Part shown: positions 7,938 to 8,974 of the stretch, piece by piece
How positions within the stretch are numbered: the stretch's first letter is position 1
Layout: every line of letters starts with the position of its first letter
Assembly (NCBI RefSeq): GCF_006345805.1
Contig: NW_021828218.1
Location: 1 to 8,974 of the forward strand
Reading direction: 5' to 3'
From: Octopus sinensis
Lineage: Eukaryota
DNA length: 8,974 nt
Position numbers and translations under genes: made by a program
The notes under the pieces: model-generated
What the model was told of the DNA's origin: nothing
The model's database searches: none
The model's input: only the letters and a program-made list of their open reading frames with translations

Positions 7938-8361
7938 GTTAGCTTACAATTTTATTATATATTTGCGTGTCTATGTGTGTAAAGAGGAAGTGGGAGTAAT
8001 ATGCAGAATAAAGGCGTTGAAGTGAAATGGTAGTTTTCTCGCGAATTTTTTCTGAAATGGGGGTGAAATTGAAAGAACTTTTGTATGTATTACCGAATGG
8101 AAGTACTTTGAAAAATCATAGGTAAACTCTAATTGAAGAAATTGTGTGAGGAGTAAATCGTTATGTATTTATTTGTTTCTGTTTGCTGTGTTTTTTTTTT
8201 AGTAGTGGTTTAAGGTACACTTGCAAGAGAAATTATGAGAAATTATGTTGATAGCATGTGATCCGTTTTATATAAATACTTTCACTTTAATCGTTGCACA
8301 CTTGCAAAGAGAAAGGAGAAATTAGGGTGATAGCGTGAGTGAAGCAGATCGCTCCGTTTTT

Positions 8362-8370
8362 TGTGTGGTG

Positions 8371-8409
<39 letters not shown>
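8362..8409. repeat. (TG)n microsatellite
   Basis: Read directly. Confidence 0.95.
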
Positions 8410-8413
<4 letters not shown>

Positions 8414-8630
8414 AGCCCACACTAGAAAAAGCACTTCACTTACACACCACAATTGAGTTTTCCGAAATTTTGCTTAATTGGGGTTGAAATTTTAAAAACT
8501 GGACCTGGCACGACCCGATGTATTCTACTCTTAAAAATGCTAGGTAAATTGTAATGAAGAATCCTATATTGTAGATTTCTATAAAGACAAAGGGAGGCAG
8601 ATAAAATCTGCCTTTTATAATAAGAGATAG

Positions 8631-8713
8631 ATTGTTAAATGACGCCAACTTTAAAGAATATATTCGCGGGGAGCGGTCCCTCCCCTTATTTCCCTATACG
8701 CCACTGACATCAT
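8631..8713 (+). repeat. Old duplicated segment, copy 2 right part, ending in a hAT-like terminus (TACGCCACTG at 8706)
   Basis: 73/83 identical to 4293-4375; the reverse complement of the end is CAGTGGCGTA. Confidence 0.75.
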
Positions 8714-8890
8714 CTGATAGAAACAACTGCGATTTTAGCGTAATTTTCATACATAGGCATACGACATAATAGATGACCATCTTAACGCAATCTTCCGCAC
8801 GTAAAAATATTGCAATAAACGAGCAAAGGATAATACTAAAATAATTACATTTAATTTTAACAACCACATTAATAATGTACTGGTTGTAAG

Positions 8891-8974
8891 CTCTTTTTTC
8901 TTTTACTTGTTTCGGTCATTAGACAGCGGCCATGCTGGAGCATTGCCTTGAAGAATTTTAGTCGAAAGAATTGA
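8891..8974 (-). mobile_element. 3' end of a cephalopod-type SINE, continuing off the window
   Basis: Minus strand TCGACTAAAATTCTTCAAGGCAATGCTCCAGCATGGCCGCTGTCTAATGACCGAAACAAGTAAAAGAAAAAAGAG with an A/G-rich tail; recognised from memory as an abundant octopus-like repeat. Confidence 0.65.

Noticed and set aside
8595-8613. AGGCAGAT-AAA-ATCTGCCT hairpin followed by Ts, resembling an intrinsic terminator
   Set aside because: Eukaryotic DNA with no upstream gene; an isolated 8-bp stem is weak evidence.
7798-8706. Complete hAT element bounded by CAGTGGTGTA and TACGCCACTG
   Set aside because: 9/10 inverted match, but the flanks CTGAAAAC and ACATCATC are not a TSD and the right end belongs to the duplicated segment; pairing unproven.

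Overview
AT-rich eukaryotic repeat-dense DNA with no recognisable host gene. The SINE tails and microsatellite style resemble cephalopod (octopus-like) genomes; this is recall, not a search result. The main feature is a 1568-bp Merlin/IS1595-superfamily DNA transposon (2124-3691) with 26-bp TIRs, an 8-bp TSD TATTGCAT and a twice-frameshifted DDE transposase. It is nested in a ~440-bp non-autonomous TIR element (2034-4050, 8-bp TSD AAAATTAC) that carries an internal TTAGGG tract. A second, uninterrupted copy of that MITE (5042-5479) shows the empty site and is flanked by a ~130-bp direct duplication instead of a TSD. Also present: a head-to-tail pair of minus-strand Helitrons (one with a PIF1-helicase relic), a ~164-bp x4 tandem array, SINE/LINE 3' ends, a probable Penelope-like relic, and two copies of an old hAT-end-like segment, each interrupted at about the same A-tract. 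Most ORFs in the track are microsatellite artefacts.
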